Assembly: GCA_963848305.1 (NCBI GenBank)
Contig: CAWKDC010000001.1
Span: 256,001-320,000 of the forward strand
Length of the DNA stretch: 64,000 bases
Direction of reading: 5' to 3'
Source: an uncultured Gammaproteobacteria bacterium
GTDB taxonomy: Bacteria; Pseudomonadota; Gammaproteobacteria; JABCZS01
A program made the translations under genes and the position numbers. Below the pieces are notes generated by a model that searched no databases, had not been told where the DNA came from, and saw nothing but the letters and a program-made list of their open reading frames with translations. Shown piece by piece: positions 19,425 to 29,779 of the stretch. Numbering within the stretch: the first letter of the stretch is position 1; each line of letters opens with the position of its first letter.

Positions 19425-19438
19425 TTTTTAAGAAACAC

Positions 19439-20381
19439 TCATCTGAAAAAATCAAGGTCCAACGCAGGAAGAAATCCCAGAAAGAATGAATAATTCTCAT
19501 GTGCATTGATTTCTTCCTCATTATCGCCCCCCTCCCAGCTCACGGGATGAAAAAATACTGAGATACCATGACGATTGCACATTAACCAGCCGACTGCAAT
19601 GCCAATTGTTTCGAGCACTTTAGGATCACGTGTTTCAAATTTTACTTCCCATCCGCCCAATTCATGCCGGTCCATTTTCTTTGGGTGCATACTGTCTGGT
19701 GCTGCTTGGTCGAAGCCCTCGTCCTAGCAAATAATACATGAAATGATCGAAAACTTCTCCCGCTAATGCCTTTTCATCTTCATTGTAGTCCATATGAATA
19801 TGGAAACCTCTGACAATCACATTTCGGGGATCATGGAATGTGATTGTGCCGAAAGCCTGATGACCTTGTTGTTTCATCGCTGATTTTTCGCTGTCTGACA
19901 GTACGCGTTCTGATCGTGTATCGACAATACAACCATCATCTGTTAAGGGCGGGTTGAAGAAAAAGTCTTGATGCTGTTCCACGCGGGTACCGAACCACAG
20001 AGCATTCACTTGATTGGTTTCGCCTTCTTGTCTCAAGGCTTCAAGCTCAGACAAACTCTCATCGTGCATGAGCGGATGAATATAGGCAGGCAAATCACGT
20101 CGATTAACAGCTAAAAAAGATATCATTGCGCCCATGTGCTCAAGCACATTGCTTTTTTGTTTTTCAACACGTAATTCCCACATCGGATTGATGTGCGGAC
20201 CATATCCTTCTCGTAGCACGTCATCAAAATCAACTGTGACACCTCTCTCAACCAGGAAGTTTTTGCACGCAGATTGTATTACCAATGATCTCGCGAAATC
20301 TTTTTCTGGCAACTCTTGATGGACATGAAATCCCCATAAAATATTTTCAGGATCTTTCCACTGCATTGTACTTTTCATCAT
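19439..20381 (-). CDS. Tandem two-domain DOPA 4,5-dioxygenase-family protein, frameshifted near 19666
   Basis: Domain 1: GFHVH, GPH, YIHPL. Domain 2: GFHIH, GP[+1 nt]H, WLMCNRHGISVFFHP, AH...FFLG..LDLDFF. Confidence 0.7.
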
Positions 20382-20390
20382 GTTCCCCCA

Positions 20391-21599
20391 TTAATGGTTA
20401 ATCATCAAATCAAAACCGATCATGCTCAATCCACCGATCATCAGCAAACCCAGCGTGACAGCTCCTCCAGGCACCCTGAATACAGCCTTTCTGTATTCAT
20501 GTGTTTTTTTACGTATAATGTACACCATTGTCACAGGCAACAATATACATAATATTGCTTCAAATATGGCGCCATAAGCCAATGCTTTTTCAAATCCTTT
20601 TGGGTCAAACAACGTGAAAATAAACGGCGGCGCAAATGTGAGCGAGAAAGCCAATAGTTTTTTATTGATTTTAAATTTTAACGCTGATAAATTTTTATTC
20701 CAAAAATCGAATAAACTCAAAGATACCCCTAGGAATGATGTCATGAGAGCAAGATTTGCAAACAACATAAGTGCTGTGCTTAAGTTTGAAGAGCTGACAT
20801 ATTGGCTCAGCATCACCACCATTTCACCGATTGAACCCTCCATTTCTCTTAGTGTTTCGAAACTCGACTCACCTTGCAGTGGCAAAGTGCCGAGTATGGC
20901 CATTTCCCAACAGATATAGCAAACCAATGGTATCAGCGAACCAAATCCAAGTGCCCACTTTAATTTCGCTGCATCATCGCCCATGTAGGTTACTAATGAA
21001 GGGATCACGGTGTGAAACCCGAACGAGGTCAAAACAACTGGCGCTGCCAAATATAGCAATGTGCTTTCACTTTCAAGTAATAACATCCAATCAATATTAG
21101 GTGAAAATAATGTGAGTAAGACTGAAAAAATAATCATTTGCATTGCGAATAAAAATGAATTGATTTTATCAACAGCACTCGTGCCGACATAGATGAAACT
21201 GCCTAATGTAATTAAAAACAATAGCCCAGACAGTTCGTTTGGCATATAGATATTAAACAAATAGCTGATTGAGTTGCTGATAATAGATGCACCACCCGTT
21301 AGATATGCTGAAATAAGCGCATATATAAAACTCAAAAAAGAAATATACATTATAATTTTACCAGGTTTTCCAAGCGTGATTGCTGCCATTTGGCTAAAAC
21401 TGTTTTTATTTTTATCAAAAGACAAGGTGACTTCAAGCATGACCAGCGCTGAGACCATCATCAATCCCCAGCAGCTGAACATCAGTACGAGGCCATTCAT
21501 AAAGCCCAGTTGTGCTGTGGCCAAGGGGATAGCCAGCATGCCGGCTCCAATCGCCATACCTGCAACGATAAATGTGCTTCCCCATAATCGCTTATTCAT
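20391..21599 (-). CDS. Aromatic amino acid permease (TyrP/Mtr family)
   Basis: GSTFIVAGMAIGAGMLAIP, SFGFHTVIPSL and TSFLGV. Multiple TM helices. Confidence 0.9.
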   Translation of the reverse strand: MNKRLWGSTFIVAGMAIGAGMLAIPLATAQLGFMNGLVLMFSCWGLMMVSALVMLEVTLSFDKNKNSFSQMAAITLGKPGKIIMYISFLSFIYALISAYLTGGASIISNSISYLFNIYMPNELSGLLFLITLGSFIYVGTSAVDKINSFLFAMQMIIFSVLLTLFSPNIDWMLLLESESTLLYLAAPVVLTSFGFHTVIPSLVTYMGDDAAKLKWALGFGSLIPLVCYICWEMAILGTLPLQGESSFETLREMEGSIGEMVVMLSQYVSSSNLSTALMLFANLALMTSFLGVSLSLFDFWNKNLSALKFKINKKLLAFSLTFAPPFIFTLFDPKGFEKALAYGAIFEAILCILLPVTMVYIIRKKTHEYRKAVFRVPGGAVTLGLLMIGGLSMIGFDLMINH

Positions 21600-21708
21600 C
21601 TTGTATCCCCTTGTGATAGACCTGACAATGGGACTATAGCGAGGATGTTGATAAATTAATAATATTATATTACAATGAACATGATTATAAATTACAATCA
21701 GGACACCT

Positions 21709-22601
21709 ATGACACTTGATCAACTCATTGTTTTTATTAAGATTGTTGATGAGGGTAGCTATCGACAAGCTGCTGAGGCCCTTTCCGCAGTCAACCCGCT
21801 TTGACTCAAGCCATTAAAAAGCTTGAGGATGATCTGAGTATTCAATTATTTTCACGCGACACCTATCGGCCAACGCTCACATCGGCAGGGAGTATTTTTG
21901 TCAAGCACGCACGCAGGGCTGTTGATGAAATGCAACAACTTAAAGTACTTGGCATGGAGCTTGGGAAAACGAATGAACCTTATGTCAGAATTGCGTTAGA
22001 TATTATTTGCCCTGCAAATGAGATCGTTCATATTGCCAATGAAGTGCTGGAGCAATATTCTCCGAATACCGAATTGGTCTTATACACGGAAGTGTTGTCA
22101 GGTGGACGTGAACGTTTATTATCAGACAATGTGGATATGGCTATCATGCCTCTACATAGCGCGCATCCTGAGTTATATGCCGAGCCTTTTATGAATGTGA
22201 ATATGATTCCTGTATGTGCGCAGGATTATTTACCGAAAATTCATTTCAACGATGAGCGGGCTTTACGACCTTATCGACAAATCATTTTAAGCGACAGCGC
22301 GAAAATGAGTCAAAAAATATCTGACGGCGTGGTGAGTGATGCGAATCAATGGATTGTGACAGATATTTATTTGAAAAAAAGTACCATCATGCAAGGACTG
22401 GGATGGGGATATTTGCCTGAACATATGATCATTGAAGAAATACGAACAAAGCATTTGGTGCCGATTCAAATAGGCGGCCACCGCGATCACAAAATCCCTA
22501 TTTCATTGATACGACATAATCTGCATCCCATGGGACCTCTGTCAAAGCGCATTTGGGAAGCACTCAGAAATAATATGCAACCCCAAACAGCAGTTGACTG
22601 A
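21709..22601 (+). CDS. LysR-type regulator, frameshifted near 21783
   Basis: MTLDQLIVFIKIVDEGSYRQAAEAL then (F)RSQPALTQAIKKLE after adding one T. GLGWGYLP in the substrate domain. Divergent from the permease. Confidence 0.85.
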
Positions 22602-23228
22602 GTGTAATATTGGAACGCGTATAATCAACTGGAAGTCCCGAATGCTGATCGTCTAACGTTGAATCAATAGACGCATAACCATTGTACGTATATTCAAAGC
22701 GAAACTCCCAATGATCTTCCACAAGATTAGACATGCCTAAACCAGCACGGTATCCTATGCGAGTTTCATCATATGTGGAACCGGGATATTGCCAATATCT
22801 CCCGTCACGTCGGAATAGCTGAATTCCCCAGCCAAAACACCAATCAAGGCATAAAATACAAAAGCATGATTCACAATATATCCAGGTTTGAAATGGAAAT
22901 AATAATCATCTTTCAAGCGGGTTGATAAAATGGCTGTTCCCGGATGGTTAGAACCATTCACATGAGTCACTTTTTCAGCATTGAAGCCCTGAAATTCAAC
23001 GCCTGTTTCAATTCCCCAGAAAAAATCACCCCAATGATCAGCATATCCAATACCCAGTTGTCCTGCGCCATTGATTTGGCCTACTGTTTGTGTCATTGAT
23101 GAATTTACCTGGCTGTAGCGTAAACTGCCTTCAGTTAAAGCGCCACCGATGGAAGCATAAACAGATGCCTGAGCCAACGAGCTGCTGAGCAACATTGCAA
23201 ATAAGAATAATGATCGTTGATATCTCAT
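22564..23228 (-). CDS. Outer-membrane beta-barrel protein, frameshifted near 22783
   Basis: Signal peptide. The shifted frame continues IGYRAGLG...FRFEYTY...LLFGVAYYF* (terminal Phe). Confidence 0.7.
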
Positions 23229-23232
23229 ATTG

Positions 23233-23913
23233 TCACCAGTTGTAGGTTAAACCAATTAGGTATTGGCTTTGGGTAGTAGGAAATTCAGCCGTCACAGGCA
23301 CTGGTTTATTGCTTAAACCATATTGCGGCGCCGTGTGGGTCAAAGTTTCATACTGCGAAAAAATATAATCGAAGCGGATCATTAGATGCGTGGTGAGCTC
23401 ATATCCGGCGCCAAGACCTGCTTTGTAACCCCAAACATGTTCATCAAAATTAATAGCCTGAATTTGATGCGTGCCTGGTGCGGCTGTTATTTTGGTATAG
23501 GCTGCGCCAACATTCAGGTATAAAAGCAGTGGCGCATTGGGAAATATCTGATAACCTGGCCGTAAAAGCCAAACGTATTCATTACTGAGCGAAATATCTT
23601 CACCACTGCTGGGACTTCCGCGATTGGTATCCTCTTTAATTGAGGTCCAAAAAGCTTGAAATTCAGCGCCCAGATCAAACCTTCCCCAAGACCAATTGTA
23701 TCCTACCAAGGGCGCAATAATAAAATCTTTGGCTGATAACTCAGCCTGGATATCCGCGCTGATGTCCCCTTGGGGAATGGCAAAGCTAACATTGGGCGTC
23801 ATGTCTACCACCCCATAACCCATGACAGCGCCAACATACGGCCCAGCATGGGATACGCCAGTTAAGACCAAACTGAGTAAAATAAAAGTGATGCGTAGAT
23901 TCATTGACCTCAT
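23233..23913 (-). CDS. Outer-membrane beta-barrel protein (OmpA/Omp25-like)
   Basis: AGPYVGAVMGY, GYKAGLGAGY, IRFDY and C-terminal IGLTYNW. Confidence 0.8.
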   Translation of the reverse strand: MRSMNLRITFILLSLVLTGVSHAGPYVGAVMGYGVVDMTPNVSFAIPQGDISADIQAELSAKDFIIAPLVGYNWSWGRFDLGAEFQAFWTSIKEDTNRGSPSSGEDISLSNEYVWLLRPGYQIFPNAPLLLYLNVGAAYTKITAAPGTHQIQAINFDEHVWGYKAGLGAGYELTTHLMIRFDYIFSQYETLTHTAPQYGLSNKPVPVTAEFPTTQSQYLIGLTYNW

Positions 23914-24020
23914 CCTTGATGCTTATTCCTATAAAGAAGCATAGCATACAAATGGGCTGTCAAAAATCAAGTCATCGTCTATACTGAAATAAGCCTGAAC
24001 CCCTCAATAAGGATCCTAAC

Positions 24021-24467
24021 ATGAGAATGCAGACATTGCTGGCCGCCCTCCTCCTGCCTATATCTCTTTTTGCGGCAGATTGTAATGATATGGATATACA
24101 ATTCAAGCATGGCTATGCGCGGCCAGTTGAAGGAGATCCCATGTCTTTAGTGGCCTACATCACCATCATTAACAGAGATTACCATTCACACACCCTGACC
24201 AACGTGTCTACTTCTGATCCTACTGCTGATAATATCAATATGTTTGGACCTGGTGGGGATGTTAAAGGAACCACCGCCACGTTACAGCCCCTTGGGGAGA
24301 TTTATTTACATGCCAATGGCGGAAGATATACTTTCAGACCTGGTAAAAGCCATATCTTTCTAGGACGCTTCCGGGATCGACCGGATCCAGGTGATGAAAT
24401 TTCACTTACCTTTACCTTTGCAGATGATTGTCAATTGTCCGCTAATAACATACCTGTTCGGGAATAG
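24021..24467 (+). CDS. PCu(A)C copper-chaperone-like secreted protein
   Basis: YAR, AYITIIN, FRPGKSHIFL and GDEISLTFTF. Confidence 0.65.
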   Translation: MRMQTLLAALLLPISLFAADCNDMDIQFKHGYARPVEGDPMSLVAYITIINRDYHSHTLTNVSTSDPTADNINMFGPGGDVKGTTATLQPLGEIYLHANGGRYTFRPGKSHIFLGRFRDRPDPGDEISLTFTFADDCQLSANNIPVRE

Positions 24468-24473
24468 TGGGGA

Positions 24474-25004
24474 ATGCTAAAACATTTCATTTTCATCTTG
24501 ATTTGTTATTCAGCGTCACTTGCCGCTTATCCGAATTGTCATTACCTGGATGAGCTTGAGGTCGTTGGCGTTGCCGCTGAAATAGTGCCGCGTTCACCCT
24601 ATCCTGCTTCGATATTTGCTGAAGTCATCAATCATTCGGATCAAGATCTACTTCTCATAGGGGTTGCTGCGAATAAAATGACCGATTCTCCGAAAACAGA
24701 TCCCACGCCTGGCAGTTTTTTTGTGACACTGCGCGAAGGCGGTGCAGGCTTTGTTGTGCCACAAAGCGTCGATAATTTTACTGTGCCAGCAGATGGTTCC
24801 ATGGCTTGGCCAAAGAATGGCAGAAACATTATCAAAATATATTTGGGAAATCCTTATTCAGGCGGCATGGGATTCAAACCCGCCGATCAAGTCATGATTG
24901 CACCGCTTAAAGTTACTTTCACCTTTCAAGATCCGCGTGGAAATAAGTGCAAAATCTTGGTGAAGAATGTGCAGGTAGGTATCGATACTATCCAGTATGA
25001 TTGA
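24474..25004 (+). CDS. Divergent PCu(A)C-like secreted protein
   Basis: SIFAEVINHSDQDLLLIGV, FTVPADGS and LKVTFTFQD. Confidence 0.45.
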   Translation: MLKHFIFILICYSASLAAYPNCHYLDELEVVGVAAEIVPRSPYPASIFAEVINHSDQDLLLIGVAANKMTDSPKTDPTPGSFFVTLREGGAGFVVPQSVDNFTVPADGSMAWPKNGRNIIKIYLGNPYSGGMGFKPADQVMIAPLKVTFTFQDPRGNKCKILVKNVQVGIDTIQYD

Positions 25005-25005
25005 T

Positions 25006-25323
25006 TCATGAGAACAATGCATCGATTTTTGCAGCACAAATAAAATCGTTTTCAGATAATCCTTTGATTGCGTGCGTGGTGAAAGTCACTTCGCAATAAT
25101 CGTAGCCTAACTTTAAATCAGGATGATGTTGTTCGCGATTCACTATCCAGGCAATTGCATTGGCAAATTCCATGGTCTGACGAAACCCTTTAAATGCGAA
25201 GCGTCGCGAGATGGCGGTATTGTCTGATGAGATTACCCAATCAGCATGTAGTTCTGCTTTTTTTGCAACTGATTCTTCGAGTGTTAATGGTTTCACGCCA
25301 CCTTCGCAGCCGATGCATTTCAT
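25006..25323 (-). CDS. phhB: Pterin-4a-carbinolamine dehydratase
   Basis: EQHHPDL and THAIKGLSENDFICAAKID. Adjacent to phhA. Confidence 0.92.
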   Translation of the reverse strand: MKCIGCEGGVKPLTLEESVAKKAELHADWVISSDNTAISRRFAFKGFRQTMEFANAIAWIVNREQHHPDLKLGYDYCEVTFTTHAIKGLSENDFICAAKIDALFS

Positions 25324-25343
25324 ATAGCCCCCTCCATAAGCGG

Positions 25344-26153
25344 TTAACAGGATCGCATATCCTCTATCTCCGGCTTCTCCAGATCCCGCTCGACATCGCC
25401 CATCAGCTTCGCTTGCTTCAACAAACCCAATAAATCTTGCTCGACCATTTCATACAATGTTTTAAAATCATTAATAGCATAGTACAGTGTTTGGATAATA
25501 TCATATCGATATGGCGTGCGCAGCGCCGTGAGCAAATCGAACGGAACGCGATGAGGTGACGGATGTTCCGCGGCATAAACTGTTTCGGATTTAGACGATA
25601 AAATGCCTGCGCCATAAATTTTATGTTGTTCATTTCCCTGAAACAATCCAAACTCTGCCGTGAACCAATATAGACGAGCCAATCGTGCCCGGTCATGCTT
25701 GCCAGCTTTTAACCCTATTTTCCCAAATGCTTCTGTGAATTTCGCAAAATCGGGATTGATTAACATTGGGCAATGTCCAAATATTTCATGGAAAATATCG
25801 GGTTCTTGCAAATAATCCAGTTCTTCACGTATGCGTATAAAGCTCGCCGCAGGAAAACGCCGTGTTGATAAAAGAGTGAAAAATTCTTCGAAAGAAATCA
25901 GTGCCTTAACAGGAACCACAGACCAGCCCGTATAACGCGCCAATACCTTGGAAACTTCCGCGCACTGGGGAACATGATCTGGACTCAATTTAAGGGCTTC
26001 TAGACCATCCAAATAGGCCTGGCAGGCTCTGGGCGCCACAATAGGCACCTGCCGCTCGTAGAGCGTGTGCCAAACGGCATTCTCCTCGTCCGTATAAGGA
26101 ATATACCCCCGGCAATCGGGCTGTTTGGCGATATAAACATGTCTTTTGTCCAT
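25344..26153 (-). CDS. phhA: Phenylalanine 4-monooxygenase
   Basis: DYLQEPDIFHEIFGHCP, LYWFTAEFGL and YGAGILSS. Start MDKRH. Confidence 0.93.
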   Translation of the reverse strand: MDKRHVYIAKQPDCRGYIPYTDEENAVWHTLYERQVPIVAPRACQAYLDGLEALKLSPDHVPQCAEVSKVLARYTGWSVVPVKALISFEEFFTLLSTRRFPAASFIRIREELDYLQEPDIFHEIFGHCPMLINPDFAKFTEAFGKIGLKAGKHDRARLARLYWFTAEFGLFQGNEQHKIYGAGILSSKSETVYAAEHPSPHRVPFDLLTALRTPYRYDIIQTLYYAINDFKTLYEMVEQDLLGLLKQAKLMGDVERDLEKPEIEDMRSC

Positions 26154-26290
26154 CCTTCTATCGTACCCTCCCCTGCCCAAGGCTGTCAAGCCCCTAAAAG
26201 ATAATGATATCAATACATTGGACTTGAATCTTAATGTATGTTTGACATTCAACTGGTTAAAATGGTATAAATAGTCATGAGACTTTCATC

Positions 26291-27889
26291 ATGCCAAGTG
26301 AGGCTGATATGGTAGTAGTAAACGATGATAAATTGAATCTGGCGGCCGCCAACTCTGACGACCTATTCACTCGTTTTATTGCTCAAAACAATGTCGTGAT
26401 GGCCGCCGATAACTTCCTGAATGGTGCTGACGTTTATGGTGCCACCTCGCTGCGCTGCCTATTTCAATTTTATTTCTGCCTGCGTTTACCGAATGGGTAT
26501 GATCACCCCAAAATCGAGGATAATGCGCTTGCTGCTGTATTGGGCTGGGTAGGCGCGACTGCATTGATTGGTTTTATTGGATGGACTGGTTATCAGTTTA
26601 ATAAAGATCAGAAACAGCTGTGGATTGAAAAGCAATTCACAGATGAATTTTTATTGACTTATTATGTGTTGGGTTATGATAGCGCAAACGACAAGAGAGA
26701 TAAAGTATTAGAAAACAATCTTGTTGAAATCAGAAGATTGATATCGGCACTCAGTAAGAAAGATAGCGATTTTCAAAAAAGAAATGATCTTATCTGTGAC
26801 AAAGCAACTGGTGAAGCTAACCGTGCGGCTATATTAGATATTCTCGCTAAAGAGTATCCAGATCAAAGGCAAGACAATCCCACAATAGGCAGAACACGCT
26901 GGAAAAACACTTACGATTATATCGTTCACTTTGCTTATGCGCAATGGCTATTCTGGATGGCCACCACCATTGTGCTATGCCAAGCAATTGATGGATACAC
27001 AACTGATAATGAAGATCTGAGCGGCGCATTCACAAAAGAGCTGGTTGGACACGAAGGACTTTTGTATGTTCAGGCAGTGATTGGCTTTGTCGTTGCAACA
27101 GCAATTCTATTACTGAAAAAGCATCCCAGTGAAAATGAGATAGCCAATGAAAACAAAATGAAGAATCAGCAAGAAGCGCTGAGAAAATGGTGGCTGACGC
27201 CTAAGGAAACACATGGCGACATCACTGTCAAAATCACCAAAGAGTATATTGAAGAAAATATTTCAGAATTTAATAAAGCCATTGGCTACTCACGCGCACT
27301 TAGCGTCACCAATTCTTTTATCAGCAATTTCCTACTGATCCATATTGCCATTTGGCCTGTCGCAGTATTTTTTAGAGAAGGTTTCCATGTAGATTCCGAA
27401 CTGGCCGAGGAATATGTGACTGTATTCTTACTGTCCGTTGCTTTTGCAACCCTATGCGCAACGATTAAATATCGCGATTTGACGCAAGAAAATGAAGCTT
27501 GCAAAGTTATTATTCGTTCTGGTTATTGCCCAAAAAGCAAAACATCCGCAGAAAACAATTTACTAACCTTCTGGTTCAAAAATTCAGAACATACACATAA
27601 ATTCATTTACATTGTTATCGGCGGTATTTTAGGATCAGGCGGGTTCTTGTTAACGCGCACGTTATTTTCAGGCGGTATTGGTAACGTGGATTTTGGCGAA
27701 CTATTTAAGGGGCATTTGACCGATTCGAAAGATTTGATGAAACATGGTTGTTTCGATGACCCCTTGTTTTTGATAGGTGTGTGTGCCACAGTGCTGATGA
27801 TTGGATTGCAAATGTGTGAATATTATAAAAATATGCAGCGCAAGGAAATATTGTCGGATGCGAATGATTATAAATTGAAAAATAATTAA
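26291..27889 (+). CDS. Uncharacterised multi-pass membrane protein (paralog A)
   Basis: Several hydrophobic segments. Shares blocks with 27955-29739. Confidence 0.7.
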   Translation: MPSEADMVVVNDDKLNLAAANSDDLFTRFIAQNNVVMAADNFLNGADVYGATSLRCLFQFYFCLRLPNGYDHPKIEDNALAAVLGWVGATALIGFIGWTGYQFNKDQKQLWIEKQFTDEFLLTYYVLGYDSANDKRDKVLENNLVEIRRLISALSKKDSDFQKRNDLICDKATGEANRAAILDILAKEYPDQRQDNPTIGRTRWKNTYDYIVHFAYAQWLFWMATTIVLCQAIDGYTTDNEDLSGAFTKELVGHEGLLYVQAVIGFVVATAILLLKKHPSENEIANENKMKNQQEALRKWWLTPKETHGDITVKITKEYIEENISEFNKAIGYSRALSVTNSFISNFLLIHIAIWPVAVFFREGFHVDSELAEEYVTVFLLSVAFATLCATIKYRDLTQENEACKVIIRSGYCPKSKTSAENNLLTFWFKNSEHTHKFIYIVIGGILGSGGFLLTRTLFSGGIGNVDFGELFKGHLTDSKDLMKHGCFDDPLFLIGVCATVLMIGLQMCEYYKNMQRKEILSDANDYKLKNN

Positions 27890-27900
27890 TCTAATCAAAC

Positions 27901-27939
27901 CCAGGGTTATAGTGCGCTCGGCATTCGCCTAACCCTGGA
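27901..27939. terminator. Hairpin between convergent genes (possible bidirectional terminator)
   Basis: ccagggtta...taaccctgg inverted repeat. Confidence 0.5.
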
Positions 27940-27954
27940 TTAATATTCAAATGG

Positions 27955-29739
27955 TTAAATAGAAAGTTTAGGCGCTTTCTTTTCAAGCGTCACATCGTCC
28001 AAATGAGCACTGATTTCACTGAGCTCGGTACGCTTGCGGTATTGCAACATGTTCAGCGTGATCATGATCGCCGTGACAACAAATCCAATTAACAACAAAT
28101 TGTCATCGAAATGATGATCTTCCATGCCTCGATCAAGCGGTCTCGATTCAAACTTTTGGTCAATCAAAGCCCCAGTTAGCACGTTACCGCCGCCGCCCAT
28201 GAACAAAATACGGGTTAGAAGGAATCCACCGTTCCCTACCAAACGACCGATAACGAAATAGCAACCAAAATGGAAGTTCTTCTTGTCTTTCCACCAGAAA
28301 TCCCAAGGCGTTTTCTCTTTTTGTTTATCCATGACGTCGATAGGATTGAAGTTTTCTTCATTGATAGCTTTGCGGACACGCTCTCTTTCTTTGACCAAAT
28401 CATCATCCTTGTATTTGGTATAAATTCCTGCAAATAATGCAGTGACAAAGAATGTGATTGTTTGTGAAGATGCATCGTCAAGATCAGAGTCACATCCTGC
28501 CGTCGCGAAGACAATGATTGGCCACGCAACGATATTGAACAACAGAAACGTACCTAATGCATTTGTCGCTGCAGTTAGCCCGCGTGTATGTTGAGTATAA
28601 TTCTCGAATTCTGTCTGTAGCTGAAATTTTGTCAGCGCCTTTTTGACACATTTTGTTTCAACAATGAGCGGATCAACAACTGAAATTTCATCATTTTGTG
28701 CCCCATCCTTTACATCCAGAATTGTCCTATTCTTTTGGTAAAGACCACGTAATGCATCATATTTGTCTTTATAAGATTGCTCAATTTCTTCAGCCCTTTT
28801 TGCTTCCAAAAATTTGTCTTCTGTAAAATACATAAATGGTGCCAAAAGCGCCAGCAACCCTCGACCTTTAACGAAATTTGTGTGGCCCTCTTTGCCTAGG
28901 AGTTTTTCGCGCTCTTCATCCTCTTTATATTTACTGTAATACCAAACCGCCATGGCCACAACGATACCGATCATGCATTGTGTCCATAAGAGGCGTTCAT
29001 TACCCAATAAATCTTCTGAAAATGCTCCTGAGAAATTCGAGCGTTCAGGATTATCTGGATTATCACAATATCCTTCTATCACTTGATAAAGAATCACCGT
29101 GCTGATCATCCAGAAAAACCAGTGCGAATAAGCAAAAGGAATAGCTATATTGTTAACCAATCCATCAAAGTACCAACGAATTTTTTCTTTGGTTTCATAT
29201 TTATTCTTGTCAAAAGCAGGTTGATTTTCATCATGCTTTACTGTGTTAGTAATAACCCCTCTGAATTTCGTTGCGAATGCTTTTAGCCTTTCTTTTCGTT
29301 CTGTATCCTCAACGTGGAGATCAATTAAATCACGCAACATTTTATGCTGTTCTTGTAACTCTTCTGAATCTCCTTTGTCGAATGCTTTGTATGATGCCCC
29401 ATCATCATCTAAATACATCGCATAATAAGCCAATAGGAACTCATCTGTCAGCTGGCTCTTGATCCATAAATTTTTCTCGTCGCGAGTGAATTTGTATGCG
29501 ATAAAAATCATTAGTGCAAGAAGCACTGTCAGAGCAGTTGGCCCAGCCCATGCACCATGAGCTTCCCCAATGTGTTCTGCATCATATTGATTAGGTAGAC
29601 GCTTATGAAATATAACCTGCGGCCAAAAACGCAACGAAGTTAAAGCGTAGGTATCGCCGTGGTCAAAGAAATAATATACAGTCCTCGAAGGATTGTTCCG
29701 TAAAATAAATATATCAAATAACAGATTTTGAGTGGTCAT
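27955..29739 (-). CDS. Uncharacterised multi-pass membrane protein (paralog B)
   Basis: Blocks LWI..Q.TDEFLL.YY, FAY..W.FWM and GGFLLTR.LF.GG are shared with paralog A. Confidence 0.7.
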   Translation of the reverse strand: MTTQNLLFDIFILRNNPSRTVYYFFDHGDTYALTSLRFWPQVIFHKRLPNQYDAEHIGEAHGAWAGPTALTVLLALMIFIAYKFTRDEKNLWIKSQLTDEFLLAYYAMYLDDDGASYKAFDKGDSEELQEQHKMLRDLIDLHVEDTERKERLKAFATKFRGVITNTVKHDENQPAFDKNKYETKEKIRWYFDGLVNNIAIPFAYSHWFFWMISTVILYQVIEGYCDNPDNPERSNFSGAFSEDLLGNERLLWTQCMIGIVVAMAVWYYSKYKEDEEREKLLGKEGHTNFVKGRGLLALLAPFMYFTEDKFLEAKRAEEIEQSYKDKYDALRGLYQKNRTILDVKDGAQNDEISVVDPLIVETKCVKKALTKFQLQTEFENYTQHTRGLTAATNALGTFLLFNIVAWPIIVFATAGCDSDLDDASSQTITFFVTALFAGIYTKYKDDDLVKERERVRKAINEENFNPIDVMDKQKEKTPWDFWWKDKKNFHFGCYFVIGRLVGNGGFLLTRILFMGGGGNVLTGALIDQKFESRPLDRGMEDHHFDDNLLLIGFVVTAIMITLNMLQYRKRTELSEISAHLDDVTLEKKAPKLSI

Positions 29740-29779
29740 TACACACCGCCTTCACCAAACATTTTTAAACTTTTTAAAC

